Positions 52,342 through 63,639 are shown, numbered from the stretch's first letter. The stretch: DNA of 64,000 nt from Anaeramoeba ignava BMAN (GCA_028826165.1 JAPDFW010000136.1:558001-622000), one strand, 5' to 3'. Notes: a model not told the origin generated them from the letters alone. A program made the numbers and translations.

Positions 52342-54120
52342 ATGAATGATTGTTTATTTTTTGGTTACAATATAATTCCAAAACTTATGAAAAATGAACC
52401 AAATAAAATAACAAAACCAATTCAATTTAAAAATGAAAATGAAAATGAAAATGAAAATGAAAATGAAAAGCAAATTAAACAAATTGCAACAGGCTTTTTT
52501 TCAACAATTTTCCTTTTTAAAAATGGAAAAGCAATAGAATATTTAAATGAAAATGTTTCAAATCAAAAACCTGAAAAAATCCAAATTGAAGAAAATATTC
52601 AAAAAGTAACTATTGGCTATGAAAATGAAGCTATTTTAACAATAGAAGGAAATGTATTTACCAAAGGAAAAGATATTAATCAATATAATCCAAAAGAGTT
52701 TATCAATATTTCATCATTAATTGAAGATAAAAATGATAGAATAATTGAAGATATTATTTCTGGAGCTAAATCAATTTACTTATTAACTTCAAATCAAAAT
52801 GTTTATGGAATTGGTTCAAATTTTTGGGGTCAACTTGGTTTTGATTCTGAAACACTTTCAAAAACAGAAAAACCAATTTTAATGATGAAAAATGTTTCTA
52901 AAATATTTTCAGGAATTTCTTCAGATCATGTTTTTCTTTTAAATTCAAATCAAGAATTATTTGGATGTGGTTCGAATTTTTATGGTCAAGTTGGGTTAGG
53001 AGAATCAAGAAAAGAAAAAAAAATCCAAAAATTAACCAAAATCCAAAATATTCCAAAAGGCAAAATAATTGATATTCAATGTGGAAATTATCATTCAATA
53101 ATGTTGATTGAAAATGAAGATGAAAATGAAAATCGAAAAAGAAAATTTTATTCATGTGGATATTGGAGATGCAATGGACTTGAGGAGTATACTTATGAAT
53201 TTACTGAAATTAAATCACCTTTATTTGAAAATGATAATATTCTTGATTTTTCTGTTGGAAGAGATCATACTTTGATTTTAACATCCAATTCAAAATTAAT
53301 AGGATTTGGAGATAATTCTTATGGTGAATTAGGAACTGGAGATACAAATGATCAATTAATTCCAATTCAAATTGAACTTCCTAAATTAAGATTTAATGAA
53401 AATATTTCTAATTATCATATTTCTTGTGGGTATTACAAATCATTTCTTTATTATTCTCCTTTTCTTTCTTCTTTTTCCAATCTTGAAGAAGATTTGATAA
53501 AATTATTTGGAAGAAAAGAATTTTGTGACATTTCATTTAAAACCAAAAATGGAGAAATAATTGAAGCTCATAAATTAATATTGAAATATAGATTAAATCA
53601 AAATGAAAATCAAATTGAAAAACTTAAAGAAATTATTTCAAAAAAATCAATTAAAGAATCAAATCAAATATTTGAAATGATTTATTCAAACAGAATTATA
53701 AATCCAAAATTATATTCTGAAATTAAAGAAATTATAAATTCAAATGAAAAAATAGAAGAAACAATGAAAAGAATTTATTTAAATGAAAATGAAAATGAAA
53801 AAGATTTTATTATTGAAAGAAAAGAAAAACAATATAAATTTCCTAAATTAATATTAATAATGAGAAGTGAATTATATCGAGGAATGTTTTTATCTGTAAC
53901 AGAAGATAAATCAAATAAAGTTACAGATTATAGTGAATTAAGTAATAAATCATTTCAAATATTTGAATATTGGATTTATTCAAATCAAATTAAAGATGAA
54001 ATTCAAATTACACAAGAAATAATTAATGAAATTCAAATTGGAATTGATTATTTTCAATTAAATCAAACAAATCCAAATTTATTTGATTTATTAATTAACA
54101 AATTTAATAATCAAAATTAA
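52342..54120 (+). CDS. RCC1-repeat + BTB/POZ domain protein
   Basis: RCC1/BLIP-II repeats (YGIGSNFWGQLG, FGCGSNFYGQVGLG, VGRDHTLIL, FGDNSYGELGTG) followed by BTB-like FCDISF...IEAHKLIL and KLILIMRSELYRGMF; intronless 592 aa. Confidence 0.88.
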   Translation: MNDCLFFGYNIIPKLMKNEPNKITKPIQFKNENENENENENEKQIKQIATGFFSTIFLFKNGKAIEYLNENVSNQKPEKIQIEENIQKVTIGYENEAILTIEGNVFTKGKDINQYNPKEFINISSLIEDKNDRIIEDIISGAKSIYLLTSNQNVYGIGSNFWGQLGFDSETLSKTEKPILMMKNVSKIFSGISSDHVFLLNSNQELFGCGSNFYGQVGLGESRKEKKIQKLTKIQNIPKGKIIDIQCGNYHSIMLIENEDENENRKRKFYSCGYWRCNGLEEYTYEFTEIKSPLFENDNILDFSVGRDHTLILTSNSKLIGFGDNSYGELGTGDTNDQLIPIQIELPKLRFNENISNYHISCGYYKSFLYYSPFLSSFSNLEEDLIKLFGRKEFCDISFKTKNGEIIEAHKLILKYRLNQNENQIEKLKEIISKKSIKESNQIFEMIYSNRIINPKLYSEIKEIINSNEKIEETMKRIYLNENENEKDFIIERKEKQYKFPKLILIMRSELYRGMFLSVTEDKSNKVTDYSELSNKSFQIFEYWIYSNQIKDEIQITQEIINEIQIGIDYFQLNQTNPNLFDLLINKFNNQN

Positions 54121-54559
54121 AATTAAAATCAAAATCAAAATTAAAATTAAAATTAAAATCAAAATTAAAATCAAAATTAAAAATTAAAATCAAAATTAAA
54201 AATTAAAATTAAAATTAAAATTAAAATCAAAATCAAAATCAAAATTATACTTGTTTTCTCTTGATTTGTTTTTTGGATTTAATGAAAATTCAATTAATAA
54301 AACAGGATATTCTTCATCTTCTATTTTTAATTTTGTTTTTAATTTAAAATTCTATTTTCAATCAAATAAAAATCTTCAAATTAATAAATAAAAAAAGAAT
54401 TAAATTCTAAAACAAAATTTCAAATTAATTTTTATTTTAAATTTTAAATCAAAAAAAATGGAAAATTGATTTTTTAAAATGATAAACAAAAATAAAAATT
54501 GGAAATAGAAATTAATAATAATTTATTTTAAATTCTTTATTATTAGATAAATTAATAAA

Positions 54560-55505
54560 AAATTAAAATTATTTTATTATTAAAATAATACTTTTTAATT
54601 TAAAAATAATTATATTTTATTAATTAATATTTTGATTTAATTTATATTTAATTTTTTAAATAGTTTTGAATTAATATTTAATTTGGAATTAAATTTAAAA
54701 TATATTTTATTATTAAATTTATTATTAAAATAATACTTTTTAATTTAAAAATAATTATATTTTATTAATTAATATTTTGATTTAATTTATATTTAAATTT
54801 TTAAATAGATTTGAATTAATATTTAATTTGAAATTAAATTTAAAATATATTTTTATTATTAAATTTATTATTAAAATAATACTTTTTTAATTTAAAAATA
54901 ATTATATTTTAACATCTATTAATATTTTGATTCAATTTATATTTAAATTTTTAAATAGTTTTGAATTAATTTAATTTGGAATTAAATTTAAAATATACTT
55001 TTATTATTAAATTTATTATTAAAATAATTACTTTTAATTTAAAAATAATTATATTTTTATTTATTAATATTTTGATTTAATTTATATTTAAATTTTTAAA
55101 TAGATTTGATTTAATATTCAATTTTGAATTAAGTTTAAAATATATTTTTATTATTAAATTTATTATTAAAATAATACTTTTTAATTTAAAAATAATTATA
55201 TTTTATTTATTAATATTTTGATTTAATTTATATTTAAATTTTTAAATAGTTTTGAATTAGTATTTAATTTGAAATTAAGTTTAAAATATATTTTTATTAT
55301 TAATTTTATTATTAAAATAATACTTTTTAATTTAAAAATAATTATATTTTATTAATTAATATTTTGATTTAATTTATATTTAATTTTTTAAATAGTTTTG
55401 AATTAATATTTAATTTGGAATTAAATTTAAAATATATTTTTATTATTAAATTTATTATTGAAACAATACTTTTTAATTTAAAAATAATTATATTTTATTA
55501 ATTAA
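54560..55505. repeat. Satellite B: ~146-bp near AT-only unit, ~6.5 copies
   Basis: The G of marker AATATTTTGATT falls at 54634, 54779, 54929, 55074, 55220, 55366. Confidence 0.9.
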
Positions 55506-55689
55506 AAAAAATAAATAAATAATCAAGGATCTTACGAAAAAAAACTTTTCTTTCAAAGATATTACGAAAAAAAGTAAATAAAAGAAAAGAAAAATTTTTT
55601 TTTTCCATTTTTCATTCTACAAATTTTTTTTTTACTTTTTTTTTACTTTTTAAATTTTAAATTTTTTTAATTTTTAAACAAACAAAAAA

Positions 55690-56160
55690 ATGTCAATTAG
55701 TAAATATCCTTCTTTATTTTCTCCTTTTTGGTTTAATCCAATTAAAGAAGATTCATTTTCAATTTTTGATAAAGATGAACCTTTATGGATTTCAAATTTG
55801 GAAAGAAAAACAAAATCATTTGCACAACTTGGAATAAAAAAAAAGAAAAAAAATTCAAATTTCTGGAAAATTCATATTCCAAAAGAATCAATTAATATTG
55901 AATTTGATAAAGAATCAAGAATGTTATCAATTTTTGGAGAACATGAAGTAAAAAAAGAAGAGAAAGAAAATGAAAAAGAAAAAAGAGTTAGATGTGAAAG
56001 AAGTTATTCAAGTTTCAAACAATCTTTTAAACTTCCAGAATTAGCTGAAATTGAAAAATCTGATGCTTCTTTTGAAGATGGATTTCTTTCAATAACAATT
56101 CCAAAAAAAGAAGAAGAGAAAAAAGAAGAAAAAACAAAATTATCAATTAATTTCAAATAA
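55690..56160 (+). CDS. Small heat shock protein (HSP20/alpha-crystallin)
   Basis: KESINIEF...LSIFGE...ERSYSSFKQSFKLPE...ASFEDGFLSITIPK. The segment around A-runs 55836-55880 looks locally frame-disturbed. Confidence 0.85.
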   Translation: MSISKYPSLFSPFWFNPIKEDSFSIFDKDEPLWISNLERKTKSFAQLGIKKKKKNSNFWKIHIPKESINIEFDKESRMLSIFGEHEVKKEEKENEKEKRVRCERSYSSFKQSFKLPELAEIEKSDASFEDGFLSITIPKKEEEKKEEKTKLSINFK

Positions 56161-56419
56161 TTCCAAATTAATTCCAAATTAATTCCTTTTTTTTTTCATT
56201 TTTTTTGATTTTTTTTCATTTTTGAAAGAATAAAAAAATTTCAAAATCCAATTTTTAATTTTTAAGTTTTAATTTAATAAATTTATTTAAAATATAAAAT
56301 ATAAATTAAAATTATTTAATTTTATTATTTAAAATTATTATTAATTCTTTTCATTTTTGAATAACAAAATCAAAAATTTAAATTTAAAAATAAAAATTTA
56401 GAAGAGTTAGAATTAAAGA

Positions 56420-57378
56420 AATAATATAAATTAATTTAAAAATATAATTTAATATTTAATTTTATTATTAAAGTAATAATTTATTGTTTTAAATTTAAAT
56501 ATTTTATTATTTAAATATTTAACATATAAATATAAAAAATAAGAATAGATTTAATTTAATATTTAATTAATAAATTAATTTAGAAATATAATTTAATATT
56601 TAATTCCAGTTTAAAATAATAATTTATTGTTTTAGATTTAAATATTTTATTATTTAAATATTTAACATATAAATATAAAAACGAAAATAGATTTTATTTA
56701 AATATTTAACATATAAATTAATTTAAAAATATAATTTAATATTTAATTTTATTATTAAACTAATAATTTATTGTTTTTAGATTTAAATATTTTATTATTT
56801 AAATATTTAACATATAAATATAAAAATAAGAATAGATTTTATTTAATATTTAATTTATAAATTAATTTGAAAATATAATTTAATATTTAATTTTATGTTT
56901 AAAATATTAATTTATTGTTTTAGATTTAAATATTTTATTATTTAAATATTTAACATATAAATATAAAAAAATGAGAATAGATTTAATTTAATATTTAATT
57001 TATAAATTAATTTAAAAATATAATTTAATATTTAATTCCATTAATAAAACAATAATTTAATGTTTTAGATTTAAATATTTTATTATTTAAATATTTAACA
57101 TATAAATATAAAAATGAGAATAGATTTAATTTAATAATTAATTTATAAATTAATTTAAAAATATAATTTAATATTTAATTTTATGTTTAAAATAGTAATT
57201 TACTGTTTTAGATTTAAATATTTTATTATTTAAATATTTAGCATATAAATATAAAAATGAAAATAGATTTAATTTAATATTTAATTTATAAATTAATTTA
57301 AAAATATAATTTAATATTTAATTTTATTATTAAAATAATAATTTATTGTTTTAGATTTAAATATTTTATTATTTAAAA
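56420..57378. repeat. Satellite C: ~144-bp near AT-only unit, ~6.5 copies
   Basis: Marker CATATAAATATAAAAA starts at 56523, 56666, 56811, 56954, 57099, 57242. Confidence 0.9.
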
Positions 57379-57779
57379 ATATTTGGAAAATTGATTTTTT
57401 TAAATTAAAATTTTATCTTTTTTTTGAATTAAATTGAATTAATATTAATTTGGAAATTTGTTTTAAAATTTAAATTTATTAATAATTTTTAAATTCCAAA
57501 AAAAAAAAATTAAATTAAAAATTAAATTAAAATAATTTTCCTTTTTTTTTTAATAAAAAAAATTAATAAAAAATAATAATAATTTATTAATAAATTAATT
57601 TAAAATAATAAATTAAAAAGAAAATTAAATTAATTATTAATTTAAATTTATTCTTATTTTTTATATTTTTATTTATTTTCAAAATCCACTTTTTTTATTT
57701 ATTTTTTTTTAAATTTTTTTTTTTCATTTTTTTCCTTTTTTTTAAAAACAAAAAACAAAAACAAAAAACAAACAACAAA

Positions 57780-59603
57780 ATGGATAATAAAAACAAAAAA
57801 CAACATAAACACAAACATCAACATAAACATCAACACAAAACAAACAAAATGCACAAGAAGGATAATAACAATAATAATAATAACAATAACAATAACAATA
57901 ACAATAATAATAACAATAACCAAATTGAAATTGAAAATGCAAATCAAAATGCAATTCAAAATGCAAATGAAAATCAAAATGAAAATGAAATGAAAAATTT
58001 AGAAAAAAAAGTAACAAAAAATTTAATTAAAGATTATTCAAACCTTTTAAATGGAAATTCATTTAAAGATTTTTCAATTTTTGTTGAGAATAAATCAAAT
58101 CCTTTTGAAATTAAAGTTCATAAATCAATTTTATCTTCAAGATCTCCTTTTTTTAATGAGTCATTAAGGCAAGAATCTCTTTCTATTTCTTTAAATCAAT
58201 TTAATAAAAAAGAAATGGAATCAATTTTGAGTTATATTTATTATGGAAATATTTCTTTTAAGAAAAAAGAAAATCTTCTCCAATTATTGGAAATTTCAAT
58301 TTATTTTAAATTAAATTTATTGAAAGAAATTATTCAAAAAAAAATTTCAAATTCAATTAATTATTCAAATTTTTTCCAATTTTTATTCCAAAATCGAAAT
58401 TTAAATTCAAATGAAATTGAAATAAAATGTTTTGAATTAATAAATCAAAATTTTTCCCAAATTCAAAATAATGAGAATTTATTCAATTTAACTAAAGAAG
58501 AAATTATCAAATTTATTCAATTTAAACAAGAAAAAAAAGAAAATTTTCAATTTGATTTTTTTCAATTTTTAAATAATTGGATTAAAAAAAGAGTTAATTC
58601 ATTAAAATTAAGGAAATATGAACACAAAATGAATGCAAAGAAAAGATTATTTCATTCTTTTTTTTCATTATTTGATAAAAATTCAATTTCAAAACAAGAT
58701 TTTGATAAATTAAAACATTTTGATATTTTTCTTCCCAAATCTTTTTTCATCAAGAAACAAAAAAAATTATTCCAAGAAAATAAGAACCAAGAAAAGAAAA
58801 TAAATTTGAAAAGAAAAGAAAATCACAATTTAAAGAAAGAAAATCAACAAATGAAAAAGGAAATTGAAGAGAAAAACAAGGAAATTGAAGATAAAAACAA
58901 AGAAATTGAAAATAAAGAGAAGGAAAATCAACAAATGAAAATTGAAATTGAAGATAAAAACAAAGAGGTTGAAAATATGAAACCTATTTTTGATAAATAT
59001 CGAGATCAATATCAAAAAGATTTGGAATATGAAAAGAAAATGAAGGAATTCGGAAAAGCATTTTCAGATTCAGAAATTGTTCAAGATATTGAATATGTTA
59101 ATAAATTACAAGAATGGATAAATGATAATGATTTTTTTTCTAAAATGAAAAAAGGATTTTCAGCAAAAAGAGATGGATTTAATTCTCAAAATTGGCATAA
59201 AGCAGTTGATAATAAAGGAAAAACATTAGTTATTATCAAAACAAAAGATAATTTTATTTTTGGAGGTTTTACTAAAGTTGGATTTAAAAATTCAAATGGA
59301 GAATGGATTAATGATTCAAATGCATTTATTTTTTCATTAAGAAATGATAAAGGAGATAGAATACCTGCAAAGTTTACATATAAACAAGGTTCTGCAATTC
59401 TTTCTGCTTTAAGTAATGGTCCAGTATTTGGTAATGGAAATGATTTTCGTTTAGAATCTAATTTACAACCTGGTTGGTCGAATTTTGGTAATAATTATAA
59501 TCTACCTAATGGAATAACTTATAATACAAATGAAGCTAAAAGTTATTTAGCTGGTTCTTATGATAAATGGGTTGTTGATGAACTTGAAACTTATTTCATT
59601 TAA
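57780..59603 (+). CDS. BTB/POZ - coiled coil - TLDc domain protein
   Basis: FKDFSIFV...IKVHKSILSSRSPFF, ILSYIYYG (BTB); FSAKRDGFNSQNWHKAVDNKGKTLVIIKTKDNFIFGGFT, DSNAFIFSL, GPVFGNG.D, VDELETY (TLDc); intronless 607 aa. Confidence 0.9.
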   Translation: MDNKNKKQHKHKHQHKHQHKTNKMHKKDNNNNNNNNNNNNNNNNNNNQIEIENANQNAIQNANENQNENEMKNLEKKVTKNLIKDYSNLLNGNSFKDFSIFVENKSNPFEIKVHKSILSSRSPFFNESLRQESLSISLNQFNKKEMESILSYIYYGNISFKKKENLLQLLEISIYFKLNLLKEIIQKKISNSINYSNFFQFLFQNRNLNSNEIEIKCFELINQNFSQIQNNENLFNLTKEEIIKFIQFKQEKKENFQFDFFQFLNNWIKKRVNSLKLRKYEHKMNAKKRLFHSFFSLFDKNSISKQDFDKLKHFDIFLPKSFFIKKQKKLFQENKNQEKKINLKRKENHNLKKENQQMKKEIEEKNKEIEDKNKEIENKEKENQQMKIEIEDKNKEVENMKPIFDKYRDQYQKDLEYEKKMKEFGKAFSDSEIVQDIEYVNKLQEWINDNDFFSKMKKGFSAKRDGFNSQNWHKAVDNKGKTLVIIKTKDNFIFGGFTKVGFKNSNGEWINDSNAFIFSLRNDKGDRIPAKFTYKQGSAILSALSNGPVFGNGNDFRLESNLQPGWSNFGNNYNLPNGITYNTNEAKSYLAGSYDKWVVDELETYFI

Positions 59604-60069
59604 AAATTAATTAATAATAAGAAAATCAAACTTTTTTTTTTTAATTTTTTTTTTCAAAATTTAATTCAATTTTAATTTACTTTTAATCAAATTAATTTCT
59701 TTAAAATAATAAATAAGAAACAAATTTAATTTTAAATAATTTAATTTTAATTTAAAATATTTATTAAAAATTTAATTAATAAAAATAATCCAAAAAAAAA
59801 TAATAAATTTTAAAAATTGAATATTTTTAATATAATAAATAAAAATAAAAATTGAAAATAGAAATTAATAATAATTAAATTTAAATTCATTAATTAAAAT
59901 ATTAAAATAAAAAAATCAAATAAAATTTATTATTAATTAATATTTAAATATTAATAAATTATAATCAAAACCAAAAATAGAATAATTAGTAAATTATTTT
60001 TTTAGAAAGTTTATCTTATTCAATCATGTTAAATTCAATTTATTTAAAATTTTTTAATTTTTTAATTTT

Positions 60070-60815
60070 ATTTTTAATATATTTTATTATAATTAAAATT
60101 GGAATAATAAATAAATAAAAACATTAATATAATAAATAAAAACATTATTTCAAATTAAAATAAAATAAATTTAAATTAAATTATTATTAATTATTATTAA
60201 AATTAAATATTTATCTTTATTAAAATATTTATTCCACTTTTTAATATATTTTATTATAATTAAAATTGGAATAATAAATAATTAAAAATATTAATATAAT
60301 AAATAAAAATATTATTTAAATTAAAATAAAATAAATTTAAATTAAATTATTATTAAATATTATTAAAATTAAATATTTATATTTATTAAAATATTTCAAT
60401 TTTCTTCTTAAATTTATTTAATTATTGGGAATAATTTTATATTATTTTTTTATTAATAAAAAATAAAATAGAATTAATTAAATTTAATTAAATATTATTT
60501 ATTCCATTTTTGAAATAAATTAATTAAAATATTTTATTAATTTTATTAAATTATTGATAATTATTTTATATTATTTTAAATAAAGAAATATTAATAAAAT
60601 ATATAAAATATAATTAATTTTAAATTATTATTAAATATTCTTTATTCCATTTTTGAAATAAATTAATGAAATATTTTATTAATTTTATTAAATTTTTGAG
60701 AATTATTTTATATAATTTTAAATAAAGAAATATTAATAAAATATATAAAATAAAATTAATTTTAAATTTAATTATTTAATATTCTTTATTCCATTTTTGA
60801 AATAAATTAATTAAA
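60070..60815. repeat. Satellite D region: two ~167-bp copies (60070-60400), then ~144-bp units (60490-60815)
   Basis: GGAATAATAAATA at 60101 and 60268; the first C of ATTCCATTTTTGAAAT at 60504, 60647, 60791. Confidence 0.8.
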
Positions 60816-60816
60816 A

Positions 60817-61087
60817 AGATTTTATAATTGAAAGAAAAGAAAAACAATATAAATTTCCTAAATTAATATTAATAATGAGAAGTGAATTATATCGAGGAAT
60901 GTTTTTATCTGTAACTGAAGATAATTCTAATAAAGTTACAGATTATAGTGAATTAAGTAATAAATCATTTCAAATATTTGAATATTGGATTTATTTAAAT
61001 CAAATCAAAAATGAAATTCAAATTACACAAGAAATAATTAATGAAATTAAAATTGGAATTGATTATTTTCAATTAAATCAAAATTAA
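60817..61087 (+). pseudogene. 5'-truncated copy of the 3' end of the RCC1-BTB gene
   Basis: Near-identical to 53801-54120 (KDFIIERKEKQYKFPKLILIMRSELYRGMF...), with a 48-bp deletion and the same (AAAATT)n tail; no upstream coding sequence. Confidence 0.85.
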
Positions 61088-61252
61088 AATTAAATTAAAA
61101 TTAAAATTAAAATTAAAATCGAAATTAAAATTAATTTGAAAATCAAAATTAAAATTAAAATCAAAATCAAAATCAAAATTAAAATTAAAAATCAAAATTA
61201 AAATTAAAATTAAAATTAAAATCAAAATTAAAATTAAATTCTGAATTAAAGT

Positions 61253-61901
61253 TTAATGGACTCCATATCTGAAAAGTAGCAACCCACAAAAAGTTAAACA
61301 GGTAAAAATACAACAAGCAAGACCTATCAAACTAATTAAAGCAATTGAATCACCAAGAGTAACGTTGTATAATTTCCCACATTCATCTTTCTAGAAATTA
61401 AAAGTTTAAAAATTTAAAAATTTCATTTAGAATTTGGATCAAAAGAAAAAAAGTCTTTTTATTTACAACTCCATCAGATTTTGCCCAAACTAATCCAATA
61501 ATTGCCCAAATAATTAAAAAAAGAGAAAACAATCCAGAAACACAAAATGATAATTTTCTAACGTTTTTGGAAAGGATATTCAAAAGAAAAGAAAAGAAGA
61601 GATTCAAAACAAAAAATATATTGCAAATCACAATCCAAGTCCACAACTTTTTTGGACATTCTATATCCCGATCTGGATAAGCTATTGAAATTGAGGGAAT
61701 TAAAAAAACGCAGGATATAATAATTGTACAGCAAAAAGCTAACAGAAAGTTTATGAAACGAGATCTTAAAATAAGGAGAATTATTTTTTTTAAAATGATT
61801 AGTTTCTTTTTTTCTTTTTTCTTTTCTTTTATCTTATTTTTGTTTTATTTTTTGTTTTATTTTTTTTGGATTATTTACTTTGAATAGAATTCCAAATACA
61901 T
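61253..61901 (-). CDS. Small 4-TM Cys-containing membrane protein, paralog B
   Basis: Exons 61901-61879, 61764-61467, 61390-61253: MYLEFYSKSRFINFLLAFCC...CPKKLWTWIVICN...WAIIGLVWAKSDGV|KDECGKLYNVTLGDSIA. Confidence 0.8.
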
Positions 61902-62021
61902 TTATAAAAAAAAAACAAAAAAAACGGAAAAAGGAAAAAGTGAAAAATTTTTTTGATTTATTTTTCATTTTTTTCATCAAAAAAAAAAATTCGATAAAAT
62001 TAATTCACTTTTTTATTTAGA

Positions 62022-63172
62022 ATGCTTGAATGGGAACAAATAGAACCAACAGGAGACATTCCGCCAAACACATGTAAATGCGGATTTCTTACATTAAACG
62101 AAGAACAAATCATAGTATTTGGGGGCTCATCCGGATTTGGGTACAACAACGATATATGGATACTCGATGTCAAAAAGAAGGAATGGAGTCTTATAGAAAC
62201 AACGGGAGAGAAGCCTAGTCCACGTTCAGGCGTTACAGCAGTGATCTATAAGGATTCGTTATTTGTATTTGGCGGCTTTGATAGACGCAAATATTACGGT
62301 AATTTTTCTCAAAATACTCGTTTTTTTCACAGAAGAAGAGGATCATTTTAGACATAAAAATCATCTTCTTTTTTCTCGCAAACCCAGATTATCACGACTA
62401 ATTGTTGGAAAAACTAAATCGTAATGATTATTTCCAAAAAAAATTTACAGGTGATTTTTACAAATTGGATCTGAACACTTGGACATGGAAAGAACTACCA
62501 CAAGGCCCTTCAGGTCGCCACTCGCACGTAGGGAATTTGTACGGAGATGACAAGTACATATTTGGCGGGCGGTTGAATACAGAAGGAAAGCGAGCAAACG
62601 ATCTGTGGAAATATTCTATAAAATCGGAAAAATGGGAAGAAATGAAGCCATTTGGACATATTCCAAGTGCAAGATCTTCTTTAGTCAGTGCTGTTTTCGA
62701 AGATTTGATGTTTATTTTTGGCGGAATTGATGACCAAGAAGAAGGACTGAATGATCTATATTCGTACTCATTTTCAAACAACACTTGGTCACTTATACAC
62801 ACACAAGGCGAAGTGGAACCGCCTCTATGCGTTTCTCCCTCGGCGGTTCTCAGCGGCTCGTACCTGCTAGTTATCGGTGGTCAAAATAGAATTAATCATG
62901 AAAGATTCGACTTCGATCATGTTTATGCGTTTGATATTCTTCGATCTGAATGGGAAAAATGGGATCCTGCTATTACTAAAAATCAAATGTCAAAGAGAAG
63001 CTGCCACGTTTCTGCAATGGTTGGCTCTAAAGTCGTTGTTTTTGGTGGCGAAGTTCTTGTTCCTGTCTCTTATTATAAACATATGAATGAAGTTTGGATT
63101 TTGCATCTTTTATCTGATCTTGTTAATGATTTGTCTCATTTTCAAAAGGAATTGATTTTTTGTGATGTTTAA
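62022..63172 (+). CDS. Kelch-repeat beta-propeller protein
   Basis: Repeated VFGG/PSPRSG/W motifs; exons 62022-62298 and 62451-63172 (GTAATT...TTACAG). Confidence 0.9.
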
Positions 63173-63639
63173 AATTGAGATCTTTTTTTAGTCCTCAATT
63201 TATTCTTAAAATTAAAATAAAAATTCAAATTCAACTTAAAAATTAAAATTTAAAATTTAAAATTTAAAATTTAGAAAAGTGGAATAAAAAATTTTTTATT
63301 GAAATTTCAAGAAAATAAAATATTTTTTCATTTGACTTTTTGATAAGAATGTGAATTATTGATCCTTTTTCATTTAATTTTTCATTTAATTTTTCATTTA
63401 ATTTTTCATTTAATTTTTCATTTAATTTTTATTCAAATTAACTAAATTAATAATGTATAATATTATTGTTTTTTTGGTTTTGATTTTTTGCAAGTTGGAA
63501 ATAAAGAAAATATAAATTGAAATAAAGAAAGTATAAATTGTAATAAAGTGAGCCAAAAAGTTAGGAAGAACATTAAATTTTTAGATAAGCATAAAAACGG
63601 TTTCATAAAGCAACTGGATTGATTTCTTATTTTTATTTT

